Shown here: piece after piece, positions 1 to 9,827 of the stretch
Layout: every line of letters starts with the position of its first letter
How positions within the stretch are numbered: position 1 is the first letter of the stretch
Assembly (NCBI GenBank): GCA_038150265.1
Contig: JAYOTF010000020.1
Coordinates: forward strand, 1 to 61,218
Length of the DNA: 61,218 bases
Direction of reading: 5' to 3'
Source: Deltaproteobacteria bacterium
GTDB taxonomy: Bacteria; SAR324; NAC60-12
The notes under the pieces: generated by a model
Seen by the model: the letters and a program-made list of their open reading frames with translations, nothing else
What the model was told of the DNA's origin: nothing
Databases searched by the model: none
Position numbers and translations under genes: made by a program

Positions 1-2
1 TT

Positions 3-263
3 TCGTTAGCAGGTTACACGGATTGGCAACTTCCGGATAAGGAGACCTTGCAGCAGATGTTCGCCTACAGTGAAGGTGGGCATTATTCCCAAGCGGAGTT
101 GCAGCGCATGTTTCCGGATGTCCGTTCCTCGCGCTATTGGTCGTCCACTACCTTCTTGTTCAGCACCTCCCTTGCTTGGTTCGTGAACTTCAACAATGGC
201 TACGTGAGCAACAGCCTTAGGAGTCCTAGCAACTATGTGCGCTGTGTTCGGGGCGGCAAGTGA
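3..263 (+). CDS. DUF1566 (Lcl C-terminal, C-type lectin fold) protein, 3' part only; truncated by window edge
   Basis: Frame is open from nt 3 and reads SLAGYTDWQLPDKETL...YWSST...AWFVNFNNG...YVRCVRGGK*. GYxDWxLP, YWSST, AWxVxFxxG and VRCVR are DUF1566 hallmarks. Confidence 0.85.
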   Translation, partial: SLAGYTDWQLPDKETLQQMFAYSEGGHYSQAELQRMFPDVRSSRYWSSTTFLFSTSLAWFVNFNNGYVSNSLRSPSNYVRCVRGGK

Positions 264-435
264 GTGGGGGATTGGGGCATCCCGGAGTTTTTGCGATTCC
301 CCGCGTGGGTTCAGGGTTGGGGGCGTTGGCGATTCCGCTCTCGGGTTCCAGCTGGTCCGGGGGGCGCAGGGCGAGTTGGCCGGGAGGCGTGCTGGGCAAG
401 AGAGGAGGGAGGCTGGCGGAAACCAGCGGCAGGAC

Positions 436-511
436 TGGTGCTCCCACAGGGGCTCGAACCCCGAGCTACGGTTTAGGAAACCATCGTTTTATCCAGTTAA
501 ACTATGGGAGC
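436..511 (-). tRNA. tRNA-Arg (anticodon CCT)
   Basis: Reverse complement GCTCCCATAGTTTAACTGGATAAAACGATGGTTTCCTAAACCGTAGCTCGGGGTTCGAGCCCCTGTGGGAGCACCA: acceptor stem, D loop, anticodon loop TT-CCT-AA, GTTCGA T loop, encoded CCA. Confidence 0.95.
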
Positions 512-752
512 GCTGGGAGGGAAGCGGTGAGGCTTGCAGGGGTAGCATGGGGAAAAGGCCGTCAAATTTCAAGGCGCTTCCCGCCGCAGAGCCAGCGCCT
601 GAAGCAAAAACGTGCCGGAAGAACCGGAGCGTTCGAGGAGCGTGAAGCCGGGGCGTGGGTGCAAAAAAGCTTTCAGGTCAAAATCGAGACCGGCACACTG
701 GTGCGACGGCCGAGGCGGCGCCCGGCTTCTCCTGCGCATGAGTGATTGAGCT

Positions 753-2750
753 GTGTCAGCACGCATTTCCCTTTCTCCTTCCTGGGCCACGGGGCTCCTG
801 TCGATTCTGGGGCCCCTTGGGCTCTACGTGGTCACGCTTCCCCGGACGGTGGTGCTGGAAGACGATGGCCTCTTCCTGATGGCCGCCCAGCACCTGGGCG
901 TGGCGCACCCTCCGGGCTACCCCCTCTTCACCTGGATCAGCTGGGCCTTCCTGCACCTTCCGGTCGGCACCGAGGCCTTTCGGGGGCACCTGGCGAGCGC
1001 CGTGCTGGGGGCGTTGGCGTGTGGGGTGCTGTACCTGCTGGCGCGTCAGCGTGGGGTCTCGCCCGGGAGCGCTCTGGCGGGAGCCTGGGCGCTGGGCGCA
1101 TCCGAGCACTTCTGGTCCCAGGCGATCATTGCCGAAGTCTACACCCTCAACGCCCTCCTGCTCTTCATGACCTATGGGCTGGTGGGGCAGGCGGTGGAGG
1201 CGCCCAAACGCTGGCGGGGGTGGGTGGCTGCAGCAGCGACCTATGGGCTGGGGCTGGCGAATCACTACCCGCTGATGGTGCTGGCGTTTCCGGGGCTGGT
1301 GCTGCTGGCGTGGCCTCGGTGGCGCGAGGTGCTGCCGAAGGTGCCGGGGCTGCTGGGCGTCACCCTGCTCACCGGTGGTCTGCCGTATGCGTGGATGGTG
1401 TGGCGGTCGCAGCAGAATCCTGCCATCAGCTTCTATGGGCCCATCGAGGGCTGGCAGTCCTTTTGGTTCTACTTCAGCCGTCAGGGGTACGCCGGGGTGG
1501 ACGTCAGCCCCAGCGCCGGGTGGTGGGACCGCTGGGAGTTCCTCCAGTGGTTCGGGAACGAGCTGTTTTGGCAGCTGACGCCGCTGGGGTTCCTGCTGGC
1601 GCTGTGGGGGGCCTTGCTGTGGCTGCGGGAACGCCCGGTGACAGGGGTGCTGTCGGGGCTGCTGATTGGGGTGAGCAACAGCGTGGTCCTGCTGGCGCTG
1701 CTGGCATTTGATTACGACTACCTGAACATTGCGGTCTTCCGGCCCTACTCGCTGGTGTGTTACGGCTTCCTGGCGCTGTGGCTGACGCGGGGGCTGGACG
1801 CGTTGCTGGAGGCGAACCTGAGCCGCACCGCGCTCCGTCCCTGGGCCGCCGCGGTGGTGGGCGTCACGCTTGCTGCCGGCCTGGTGGGAACCGCCTGGTC
1901 CCGGAACCAGCGGGCGGATGACCACTTTGCCGAGGCTCATGCCGAGTTGCTCTCGTCCCTGCTTCCGGAGCAGGCGGTCCTGATCGTCTTTGGAGACGCC
2001 GAAACCGGACCCCTGGGCTACTACCGGTTTGTGGAGCAGCGACGTCCGGACGTGACGCTGGTGAGCGCACAGGGGCTGGTGTATGCCAACCGCCTCTTCC
2101 CGGCCCGCAGCTCCAAGCGGCGCAAGCAGGAGGTCCTCCGGCGCTTCATTGAAACCACCGACCGCCCCGTCTTCTACACCGTCGATGCCGAGCAGTTTCC
2201 CCATGGGCAGGGCGTCCGGCACCTGGGGTTCCTCAAGGAGGTGGTCCGTTCCGGAACCGCGGATGCGATTGAGCTGAGCTTCCGACCAGAGGCGGAGGCG
2301 TACTTTCAGGAGCTCCTCCGCCTGCATCCGGAAGACCGGTGGGAACGCTTTCGGCGCAACAAGCTGCTCTACCTCTATGGAGACTTTCTCGGGTACGCCC
2401 TGCTCGGCGGCGGGAAGGCGCAGGCGACTGCCGCGCCGCTGGTGCAGCAGGCGCAGGAGAACTTCTACAGCCTCACCGGCATGGTGGAGGTGCTGCTGCA
2501 GCATGGGCGCCAGCGGTTTCTTCCGGAAGTCCGGGCGTTTCTCACTCAGGCCGACGGCCTTCGCGATGAGACGCTGGACAAGGAGCGCTCGGCCCGCTTT
2601 CACTACCTGCTGGGGTTCACGTCCTTTCTGGAAGGCAAGACCGAGGCGGCCATTGCCGAGTTTGAGACCGCTTACCGCATCTACCCGCATCCGGAAAACT
2701 CTGCCATCACGGCTCTGAAACAGCTGAACCGCCCCCTTCCGGAACCGTGA
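753..2750 (+). CDS. DUF2723 family multi-pass membrane protein (TMEM260-like putative glycosyltransferase) with C-terminal TPR-like helices
   Basis: Motifs EDDGLF, LGVAHPPGYPLF, FWSQAIIAEVYTLN, GLANHY; many hydrophobic segments. Confidence 0.85.
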   Translation: MSARISLSPSWATGLLSILGPLGLYVVTLPRTVVLEDDGLFLMAAQHLGVAHPPGYPLFTWISWAFLHLPVGTEAFRGHLASAVLGALACGVLYLLARQRGVSPGSALAGAWALGASEHFWSQAIIAEVYTLNALLLFMTYGLVGQAVEAPKRWRGWVAAAATYGLGLANHYPLMVLAFPGLVLLAWPRWREVLPKVPGLLGVTLLTGGLPYAWMVWRSQQNPAISFYGPIEGWQSFWFYFSRQGYAGVDVSPSAGWWDRWEFLQWFGNELFWQLTPLGFLLALWGALLWLRERPVTGVLSGLLIGVSNSVVLLALLAFDYDYLNIAVFRPYSLVCYGFLALWLTRGLDALLEANLSRTALRPWAAAVVGVTLAAGLVGTAWSRNQRADDHFAEAHAELLSSLLPEQAVLIVFGDAETGPLGYYRFVEQRRPDVTLVSAQGLVYANRLFPARSSKRRKQEVLRRFIETTDRPVFYTVDAEQFPHGQGVRHLGFLKEVVRSGTADAIELSFRPEAEAYFQELLRLHPEDRWERFRRNKLLYLYGDFLGYALLGGGKAQATAAPLVQQAQENFYSLTGMVEVLLQHGRQRFLPEVRAFLTQADGLRDETLDKERSARFHYLLGFTSFLEGKTEAAIAEFETAYRIYPHPENSAITALKQLNRPLPEP

Positions 2751-2924
2751 GGCCCAGGGCCCGTCGGTTGCACGGGATGCCACGAAACGAGACCTTGAAA
2801 AGACTTGTGCTTTCCGAGTCAAACTCTAACGTAAACGTTTTGTTCGAATTCCGGACGCTTCCCCATGAAACCGTCTGAATTCCTGTCCTGAAGACATTTC
2901 AGCATCTCTGTCCACTCCCCGTTC

Positions 2925-4196
2925 ATGCAAGTCACCGTCAACGATCTCGGCGCCTTCAAGCGTTCCCTGCAACTGGAAATCCCCCTCGAAGAAATGAAGC
3001 CGACCTACGACTCGGTCTATCGCCAGCTGCGGAAAACCAAGCTCAATGGGTTTCGTCCTGGCAAGTTTCCGAAGGGCTGGCTCGACAAGCGCTTCACGGA
3101 ATACATGCAGGTTCAGGCAACCGAAGAGGTGATTCCGAAGTACTTTGACCAGGCCATGCGCGAGCAGGCGATCATGCCGGCGTCCAATGTCTCGATCAAG
3201 GAGGTCGAATTTGAACGCAAGGCGCCGCTCAAGGCCGTGCTGGAGTTTGAGATCCGCCCCGAGCTGGCGCTTCCGGATTACACGAAGCTGCAGGTGGAGA
3301 CTCAGGAGGTGGAGCCGGTGACTGAAGCCGAGGTGGAGGCCGAGATCCAGAACCTGCTCAAGTCGCAGGCGACCCGGACGCCGAAGGAAGACGACGCCGT
3401 GGCGGAGCAGGGCGACATTGCGACCCTCACCTTTGAGGGCAAGTTGACAACAGGCGAGCTGCTCCCGAATGCTCAGGGCGAGGACGTGCTGGCAGAAATT
3501 GGCGGCGAGACCTTCCCGGAGTTTGCCGAGCACCTGCCGGGCATGAAGGCCGGAGAAACCAAGGAGGTCACCCTCACCCTGCCCGAGTCCTATGGCGACC
3601 ACGCTGGCGCCGAGGCTCAGTTTTCCCTGACGGTGAACCGGCTGGAAAGCGCCACGCTTCCGGAGCTCACTGACGAGTTCTGCCTGCAGTTTGGCGCCAC
3701 CACGGTGGAGGAGCTGAAGAAGCTCGCCGAGGACCGCCTGATCAACTCCCGGACCGCTTCCGTTCGGGCAACTTACCGCAACCAGGTAGACGAACAGCTC
3801 CAGACCCTGTATGGTGATTTTGAGCTTCCGGAAAGTCCCATGGAACAGGCCCGTCAGCAAGCGACCCAACGGGCGGAGCAAGACGGCGTCCCCGACCAGG
3901 TCGAGACCCGCCTGGCTGAAGAGCTGAAGGAGGTCCGGCGCCGTTACATCCTGGATGCCATTGCGCTGCAGGAACAGGTGCAGGTCAATACCTATGCGGC
4001 CATGGAGGAGTTCTGGAGCTTTTCCCAAATGTTTGGGACCGATCCGGAGCAGTTCATCAAGACGGACTACGGACGGCGTTTCTACGAAATGATCCAGAGC
4101 CGCAAGTTTCAGGAGGCGGTGCTGGACCGGGTCGTCGCCCGTGTTCTGGGAGAGCCGCTTGAGGAGAGCCCGGCTCCGGAGCACACGCACGACTGA
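2925..4196 (+). CDS. tig: trigger factor
   Basis: GFRPGKFP ribosome-binding motif, FKBP-like centre, position upstream of clpP-clpX. Confidence 0.95.
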   Translation: MQVTVNDLGAFKRSLQLEIPLEEMKPTYDSVYRQLRKTKLNGFRPGKFPKGWLDKRFTEYMQVQATEEVIPKYFDQAMREQAIMPASNVSIKEVEFERKAPLKAVLEFEIRPELALPDYTKLQVETQEVEPVTEAEVEAEIQNLLKSQATRTPKEDDAVAEQGDIATLTFEGKLTTGELLPNAQGEDVLAEIGGETFPEFAEHLPGMKAGETKEVTLTLPESYGDHAGAEAQFSLTVNRLESATLPELTDEFCLQFGATTVEELKKLAEDRLINSRTASVRATYRNQVDEQLQTLYGDFELPESPMEQARQQATQRAEQDGVPDQVETRLAEELKEVRRRYILDAIALQEQVQVNTYAAMEEFWSFSQMFGTDPEQFIKTDYGRRFYEMIQSRKFQEAVLDRVVARVLGEPLEESPAPEHTHD

Positions 4197-4235
4197 ACCT
4201 CCACTGCGGACCACACGCTAACGTAAGGAAAGACC

Positions 4236-4832
4236 ATGGCCTTGATTCCAATGGTTGTTGAGCAAAACAACCGGGGAGAACGTGCTTACGACATTTATTC
4301 ACGGCTGCTGAAGGACCGCATTATCTTTCTGGGGACTCCGATTGATGACAACGTTGCCAATGTCATCATTGCCCAGATGCTGTTTCTGGAGGCCGAGGAT
4401 GCCGAGAGTGACATTGCGCTGTACCTGAACTGCCCAGGCGGGTACGTGAGTGCCGGGATGGCGATCTATGACACCATGCAGTACCTCAAGCCGCAGATTC
4501 AAACCATCTGCATTGGGCAGGCGGCCAGCATGGGGGCCATCCTGCTGTCGGCCGGGGCGGCCGGGAAGCGTTTTGCGCTCCCGCATGCCCGGGTGATGAT
4601 TCACCAACTCAGCGGCGGCTTTTCCGGACAGGCCGAGGACATTGACATCCAGGCCCGGGAGATTCTGCGGCAGACCGAGACACTCAACACCGTTCTGGCC
4701 CAGCACACCGGGCAGACCGTGGAACGCATTGCCGAGGACACGCAACGCGACTTCTATTTCTCCAGTGACGAGGCCAAAGAGTACGGACTGATCGACTCCG
4801 TGATGCACGACCGCAAGTTGCACGCCGTCTAA
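4236..4832 (+). CDS. clpP: Clp protease proteolytic subunit
   Basis: [31 protein letters not shown]. Confidence 0.98.
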   Translation: MALIPMVVEQNNRGERAYDIYSRLLKDRIIFLGTPIDDNVANVIIAQMLFLEAEDAESDIALYLNCPGGYVSAGMAIYDTMQYLKPQIQTICIGQAASMGAILLSAGAAGKRFALPHARVMIHQLSGGFSGQAEDIDIQAREILRQTETLNTVLAQHTGQTVERIAEDTQRDFYFSSDEAKEYGLIDSVMHDRKLHAV

Positions 4833-4864
4833 CCGTCCGATTCATCGAACCAGGGAGAGGGGGC

Positions 4865-6118
4865 ATGAGCCATTCCAAGGAAACACCATTGCGTTGCTCA
4901 TTCTGTGGAAAAACGCAGGAGGAGGTCAAGAAAATCATTGCGGGGCCAACCGTCTACATCTGTGACGAGTGCATTGACCTCTGCAATGACATCATGGCCG
5001 AAGAGTGGCAGAACGAGCAGGCGGAGGACATCCAGCAGGAGCTGCTCAAGCCAGCCGAGATCAAGCAGGTTCTCGACAACTACGTCATTGGGCAGGACTC
5101 TGCCAAGCGGGTGCTGTCGGTAGCAGTCCACAACCACTACAAGCGCATCCGGGCCAACCGGCGCGAAGGCGAGGTGGAGCTGCAAAAGAGCAACATCCTC
5201 CTCATTGGCCCCACGGGGACGGGAAAGACGCTGCTGGCTCAGACACTGGCCCGGATCCTCAACGTTCCGTTTGCCATGGCCGATGCCACCACGCTGACAG
5301 AAGCCGGGTACGTGGGGGAGGATGTGGAGAACATCGTCCTCAAGCTGCTGCAGGCGGCTGACTACGACACGGAGCGGGCTGAGCAGGGCATCATCTACAT
5401 CGATGAGATCGACAAGATCACCCGCAAGTCCGAAAACCCGTCCATCACCCGGGACGTCTCCGGAGAGGGCGTGCAGCAGGCGCTCCTGAAGATCATCGAA
5501 GGCACGGTGGCCAACATTCCGCCGCAGGGAGGACGCAAGCATCCGCAGCAGGAGTGCGTGCAACTCGATACCAGCAACATCCTCTTCATCTGCGGAGGGG
5601 CCTTCGTGGGCCTCGACACCATCCTCCGGCGTCGGGTCGGACAGCAGGGCATTGGCTTCAACAGCGACATCCGGGGCAAGAAGCTCGAGGACAAGGAGCT
5701 GTTTGCGCAGCTTGAGCCCGAGGACCTGCTCAAGTATGGGCTGATTCCCGAGTTCATCGGACGCCTCCCCGTGGTGGCCACGCTGCATGACCTGGATGTG
5801 GAGCACCTCGTGGAAATCCTCGTGGAGCCCAAAAATGCCCTCGTCCGCCAGTACCAGCGCCTGCTGGATCTGGAAAACGTCACCCTCTCCTTCACCAAGG
5901 GAGCCATCAAGGCCATTGCCCAGGAAGCGATCAAGCGCAAGACCGGCGCCCGTGGCCTCCGTTCCATCATGGAGCGCATCATGCTGGATGTGATGTATGA
6001 GGTCCCGTCAGATCCGGAGATCTCCGAGTGCATCATCAGCGAAGAGGTCATCAACGGTCAGGCGGAAGCCAAGCTCGTCCGTTCCCAGGCATCGACCCCG
6101 CACATCAAAGCCAGCTAG
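4865..6118 (+). CDS. clpX: Clp protease ATP-binding subunit
   Basis: CSFCGK/CDEC zinc finger, [18 protein letters not shown] loop, GARGLR. Confidence 0.98.
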   Translation: MSHSKETPLRCSFCGKTQEEVKKIIAGPTVYICDECIDLCNDIMAEEWQNEQAEDIQQELLKPAEIKQVLDNYVIGQDSAKRVLSVAVHNHYKRIRANRREGEVELQKSNILLIGPTGTGKTLLAQTLARILNVPFAMADATTLTEAGYVGEDVENIVLKLLQAADYDTERAEQGIIYIDEIDKITRKSENPSITRDVSGEGVQQALLKIIEGTVANIPPQGGRKHPQQECVQLDTSNILFICGGAFVGLDTILRRRVGQQGIGFNSDIRGKKLEDKELFAQLEPEDLLKYGLIPEFIGRLPVVATLHDLDVEHLVEILVEPKNALVRQYQRLLDLENVTLSFTKGAIKAIAQEAIKRKTGARGLRSIMERIMLDVMYEVPSDPEISECIISEEVINGQAEAKLVRSQASTPHIKAS

Positions 6119-6121
6119 TTC

Positions 6122-7117
6122 ATGGAAGCCCTAGACGTTTACGGCATCTGCAATCCTCTGATTGATTTGCTGTCTCATGTCCCGGACTCGTTTCTTGAGG
6201 AACGAGACCTGGTGAAGAACCGCATGTACCTCGTGCCGCTGGAGACGCAGCAGACCCTGCTCATGTCCCTGGCCGCTGACCGACACACTGTCGAGTTTGC
6301 GGCAGGCGGTTCGGGTGCCAACACCATGATTGGCATTGCCCAACTCGGTGGCCGCGCAGCCTTCACCGGGAAAATCGGACAAGATGAGCATGGAAAGATC
6401 TACACCGAGAAGCTCGAGGAGCAAGGGGTGGAAGCCTGCCTGGGCACCGGAGACGGCATCACCGGCAGCAGCCTGATCCTGGTTTCGGGTGACGCCTCTC
6501 GGACCATGAACACCTACCTCGGCATGTGCCAGGAGCTGGGTCCGGACGACATTGACCTGGAGGCCCTCAAGCGTGCGAAGATCCTCTATGTCACCGGTTA
6601 CCTCTGGGACACGGAGGTTCAGAAGGAGGCGGTTCGGTTGGCGTTGCAAAAGGCTCAGGAGTTTGGCGTGAAGGTCGCGCTGAGCCTGTCGGATCCGTTC
6701 TGTGTGAGCCGGCACCGCGAGGACTTCCTGGAGTTGCTCAAGCAGGTGGACCTGGTCTTTGCGAACCAGGAAGAAGCCTCACTGCTCAGTGGCACCACCG
6801 TGTCGCAGCAGGCCCTCGAGCGCCTGGCCGAGCACACCGAAACCGTGGTCCTGACGCTTGGAAGCCACGGCGCGCTCATTCACTCCGCCGGCACCACTCA
6901 TTACATTGACCCGATTGCAGTGGACGTCAAGGACACCACCGGAGCCGGAGACGCCTTTGCCGCAGGGTACCTCTATGGCGTCACCAACGGACACGCTCCG
7001 CTGGAAAGCGGCCGCCTGGCTTCCTCCCTTGCCGCTGCCGTCATTGAGCAAACCGGTCCCCGCTTCCTGGGGAACGCTCGAGCCCGCGTGCACCATGACC
7101 TCGGAGACCTCCCCTGA
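6122..7117 (+). CDS. PfkB/adenosine kinase family kinase
   Basis: GGSGANT and DTTGAGDAFAAG signatures. Confidence 0.9.
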   Translation: MEALDVYGICNPLIDLLSHVPDSFLEERDLVKNRMYLVPLETQQTLLMSLAADRHTVEFAAGGSGANTMIGIAQLGGRAAFTGKIGQDEHGKIYTEKLEEQGVEACLGTGDGITGSSLILVSGDASRTMNTYLGMCQELGPDDIDLEALKRAKILYVTGYLWDTEVQKEAVRLALQKAQEFGVKVALSLSDPFCVSRHREDFLELLKQVDLVFANQEEASLLSGTTVSQQALERLAEHTETVVLTLGSHGALIHSAGTTHYIDPIAVDVKDTTGAGDAFAAGYLYGVTNGHAPLESGRLASSLAAAVIEQTGPRFLGNARARVHHDLGDLP

Positions 7118-8360
7118 CCGGGTGCTTCCCGAGCTGCTGGCCCCGGCTGGCACGCTGGAGAAGCTCCGCATTGCCGTCCTCTATGGCGCAGATGCCGTGT
7201 ATGCGGCAGGTCCGCGCTTCAGCCTCCGGGGCGGCTCCGACAACCTGACCGACACCGAGCTGGAGCAAGCGATCGCCTTTGCTCATGCCCGGGGCACCCA
7301 GGTGTACATCACCCTCAACGCCTTCCTGCACGATCCGGAGCTGGACGCTCTCCCGGAATACGTCCGCCTGCTCGAGTCCCTTGGGGTCGATGCGGTGATC
7401 GTCTCAGACCTCGGTGTGGTCTCAGTCGTTCAGGAACACTCCTCCCTTCCGGTTCATCTCTCCACTCAAGCCTCCTGCCTGAACGCTTCGGCCGCGCGTC
7501 TGTGGAGACGCCTGGGCGTGGAGCGCATTGTGCTGGGCCGGGAGGTGTCGGTCGCAGACGCACAGCAGATCCGGAGGGAAGCCGAGGTGGAGGTGGAGCT
7601 GTTTGTCCACGGAGCCATGTGCATGGCGTTCTCCGGACACTGCACCATCTCGAACCACACCGCCGGACGCGACAGCAACCGTGGAGGGTGCATCCAGAGC
7701 TGCCGCTTCGAGTACCAGGTCAGCGCCGGTCCGACCTTTGCCTCCGGAAGCCTCGGGACGGCGACCCTGCTCAGCTCCAAGGACCTGCGCGGGCTGGAGC
7801 GCCTTCCGCTGTTTCTCCGGACTCCTGAGCAGCCCGGAATTGATAGCCTCAAGGTGGAGGGCCGGATGAAGAGCCCGCTCTATGCGGCGAGCACCACCCG
7901 AGCGTACCGTCAGGCGCTGGACGGCCTCAAGCGGCTCCCGCCTTCAGAGTGGGCCGCGCACCTGGCGTTCTGGAGCGCTGAGCTGGAGAAGCTTCCGCAC
8001 CGGGGCTACACCGAGGCGTCGCTGTTTGAGCCGGCTCACTTTGACAGCATTTACTCTGGAGACCGCGAGGCGCAGGGCTGGAAGGAGTGGGAGCTGGCAG
8101 GCACGATCCTCGAGGCCTCTCCGGAACGTGGGCTGGTGCTCCAGACACAGAACCCACTGGAGGCCCACGACGTGCTGGAGCTGCTGCCCTTCTCCGGACC
8201 GGCTCAGGCGCTGGAAACCGGAGGGCTGGAGCTGCTGAATGGCCGCCGCGTGTCACGGGTGAATCCGGACCGCCTGGTGCGTCTGCCATTTCCGGGAACC
8301 GGGGAAGCCTTCAACCTGGTCCGCAAGCGGCAGCGTGCCCCTCAGGAAGCCGCTGCCTGA
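7095..8360 (+). CDS. U32 peptidase family protein (TrhP/YegQ-like tRNA hydroxylation)
   Basis: PELLAPAG, GADAVY, HLSTQ, HGAMCMAFSGHC, NRGGCIQSCR, LKVEGRMK. ATG at 7095 preferred over the track start 6858. Confidence 0.9.
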   Translation: MTSETSPDRVLPELLAPAGTLEKLRIAVLYGADAVYAAGPRFSLRGGSDNLTDTELEQAIAFAHARGTQVYITLNAFLHDPELDALPEYVRLLESLGVDAVIVSDLGVVSVVQEHSSLPVHLSTQASCLNASAARLWRRLGVERIVLGREVSVADAQQIRREAEVEVELFVHGAMCMAFSGHCTISNHTAGRDSNRGGCIQSCRFEYQVSAGPTFASGSLGTATLLSSKDLRGLERLPLFLRTPEQPGIDSLKVEGRMKSPLYAASTTRAYRQALDGLKRLPPSEWAAHLAFWSAELEKLPHRGYTEASLFEPAHFDSIYSGDREAQGWKEWELAGTILEASPERGLVLQTQNPLEAHDVLELLPFSGPAQALETGGLELLNGRRVSRVNPDRLVRLPFPGTGEAFNLVRKRQRAPQEAAA

Positions 8361-9550
8361 GGCTCATCGAGCATCAGCTCAGCGGTCAAGGCATCCGCGC
8401 GCAGGAGCCCTTCCGGAGTCAGGGCCAGGTGCGGCGGTTCCCAATGCGCCCACCCCGATGCCTCCCAAAAGCGCAGGGTGTCCCGGAAGCGCTCCAGGTG
8501 TGTGGGAGCCTGCACCGACGTGGCCCAGTCCACCAGGTTGAGCCCCTGAGGACGTCGCAGCGCGAGCATGAGCTGCTCATTGGCCTGCTGGATGGGGCTC
8601 AGCACCTCCTGAAACGCCTCCGGAAAGCGCCCGGCCTGAAGCCGTTGCTGGTAGGGGTGCAGGGCCGTGACGTTGCCCCAGCGGACCCCCCGGAAGAAGG
8701 AGTGCGCCCCGAGTCCGAGCCCCAGGTACCCCTCACCGTCCCAGACGCGCTGGTTCTGACGCCCCTGATGCCCCGGCTGGGCAAAGTTGGAGACCTCATA
8801 CTGCACCAGCCCCAGCTGAGTCAGGCGCTCCACCGCACGGAGGTACAGGGTCGCCGTCAGGTCTTCTTGCTCGTGGTGCCAGGAGCTGACTTCCGGATTG
8901 GCGCCGTAGGGGGTGCCTTCATGCACCTCAAGGCCATAGAGCGAGAGGTGCGGGGGAGCATGACGTGCCACGGCCTCAAGGTCGGCGGCAAAATCCGCCT
9001 CAGTCTGATGCGGGACGCCAAACATCAGGTCGAGGTTCCAGCTCCGGAATCCGGCGGCGCGGACGTCGCGCAACGCCTGGTGCAACTGATCCGGAAGGTG
9101 GGTGCGTCCCAGGGTCCGGAGGGTGTGCGGCTGAAAGCTCTGACCTCCGAGGCTGACCCGGGTGACGCCTGCCGTCCGGAGGGCCTGGAGGTAAGCGGGA
9201 GAGACGTCTTCCGGATTCAGCTCAAAGGCAACCTCGGCTTCGGGAGCAAAGGGAAGGAGCGTCTGCAGGAACCCCAGGAGGTGCTGGACCTCATCGGGGC
9301 TCAGACTGGACGGGGTGCCGCCTCCGAAGTAGATGGAGTCAAGGGGCGCGAGGGCCTCACCGAGGAAGGGCTGGCGGAGCTGGGCCTCCTGCTGGACGAG
9401 GCGGAGGTAGTCCGCGTGGCGGCGGCGGTTGTCGCGTCGGACCGCAAAGGCACAGAACGGACAGAGGCTCCGGCAAAAGGGAATGTGGACGTACAGGGTC
9501 CGGACCTGCGGCGGCGGAGAATCGGTAACTTTTTCCACTAATGAAATCAA
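8342..9550 (-). CDS. hemW: radical SAM heme chaperone HemW (HemN-like)
   Basis: LYVHIPFCxxxCxFC, YFGGGTPS, YEVSNFA, YLGLGLGAHS. Confidence 0.88.
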   Translation of the reverse strand: MISLVEKVTDSPPPQVRTLYVHIPFCRSLCPFCAFAVRRDNRRRHADYLRLVQQEAQLRQPFLGEALAPLDSIYFGGGTPSSLSPDEVQHLLGFLQTLLPFAPEAEVAFELNPEDVSPAYLQALRTAGVTRVSLGGQSFQPHTLRTLGRTHLPDQLHQALRDVRAAGFRSWNLDLMFGVPHQTEADFAADLEAVARHAPPHLSLYGLEVHEGTPYGANPEVSSWHHEQEDLTATLYLRAVERLTQLGLVQYEVSNFAQPGHQGRQNQRVWDGEGYLGLGLGAHSFFRGVRWGNVTALHPYQQRLQAGRFPEAFQEVLSPIQQANEQLMLALRRPQGLNLVDWATSVQAPTHLERFRDTLRFWEASGWAHWEPPHLALTPEGLLRADALTAELMLDEPQAAAS

Positions 9551-9827
9551 GGGTTCGAGCCTAAGTGGTTGAGTTGAATAAGCGATCTTTGGTTTGATTT
9601 ACCCTTGGCCTTGAATTAACGTAGACAGCCCATCTTAAAGAGTGCAAGTGGGAATCGTTATGACCCAACCGGGGTCCTGCCTCGGGGTTGAAACTCCCTC
9701 CTCATTGCCCTCCCAAACAGAGTAACACAGAAGAACGCTCGTGCGCTGGAAGTGTCGCGAGTCAACAGTCCGTGTTGACAAGGGCGGACTGGAAATCCCC
9801 GAAACCCAACAAAGGTAGAGAAGCTCA

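Noticed and set aside
9551..9827. Cobalamin riboswitch or NrdR boxes upstream of nrdJ
   Set aside because: No B12-box, GCCACTG or GGGAA..GGTG core; no convincing NrdR palindrome.
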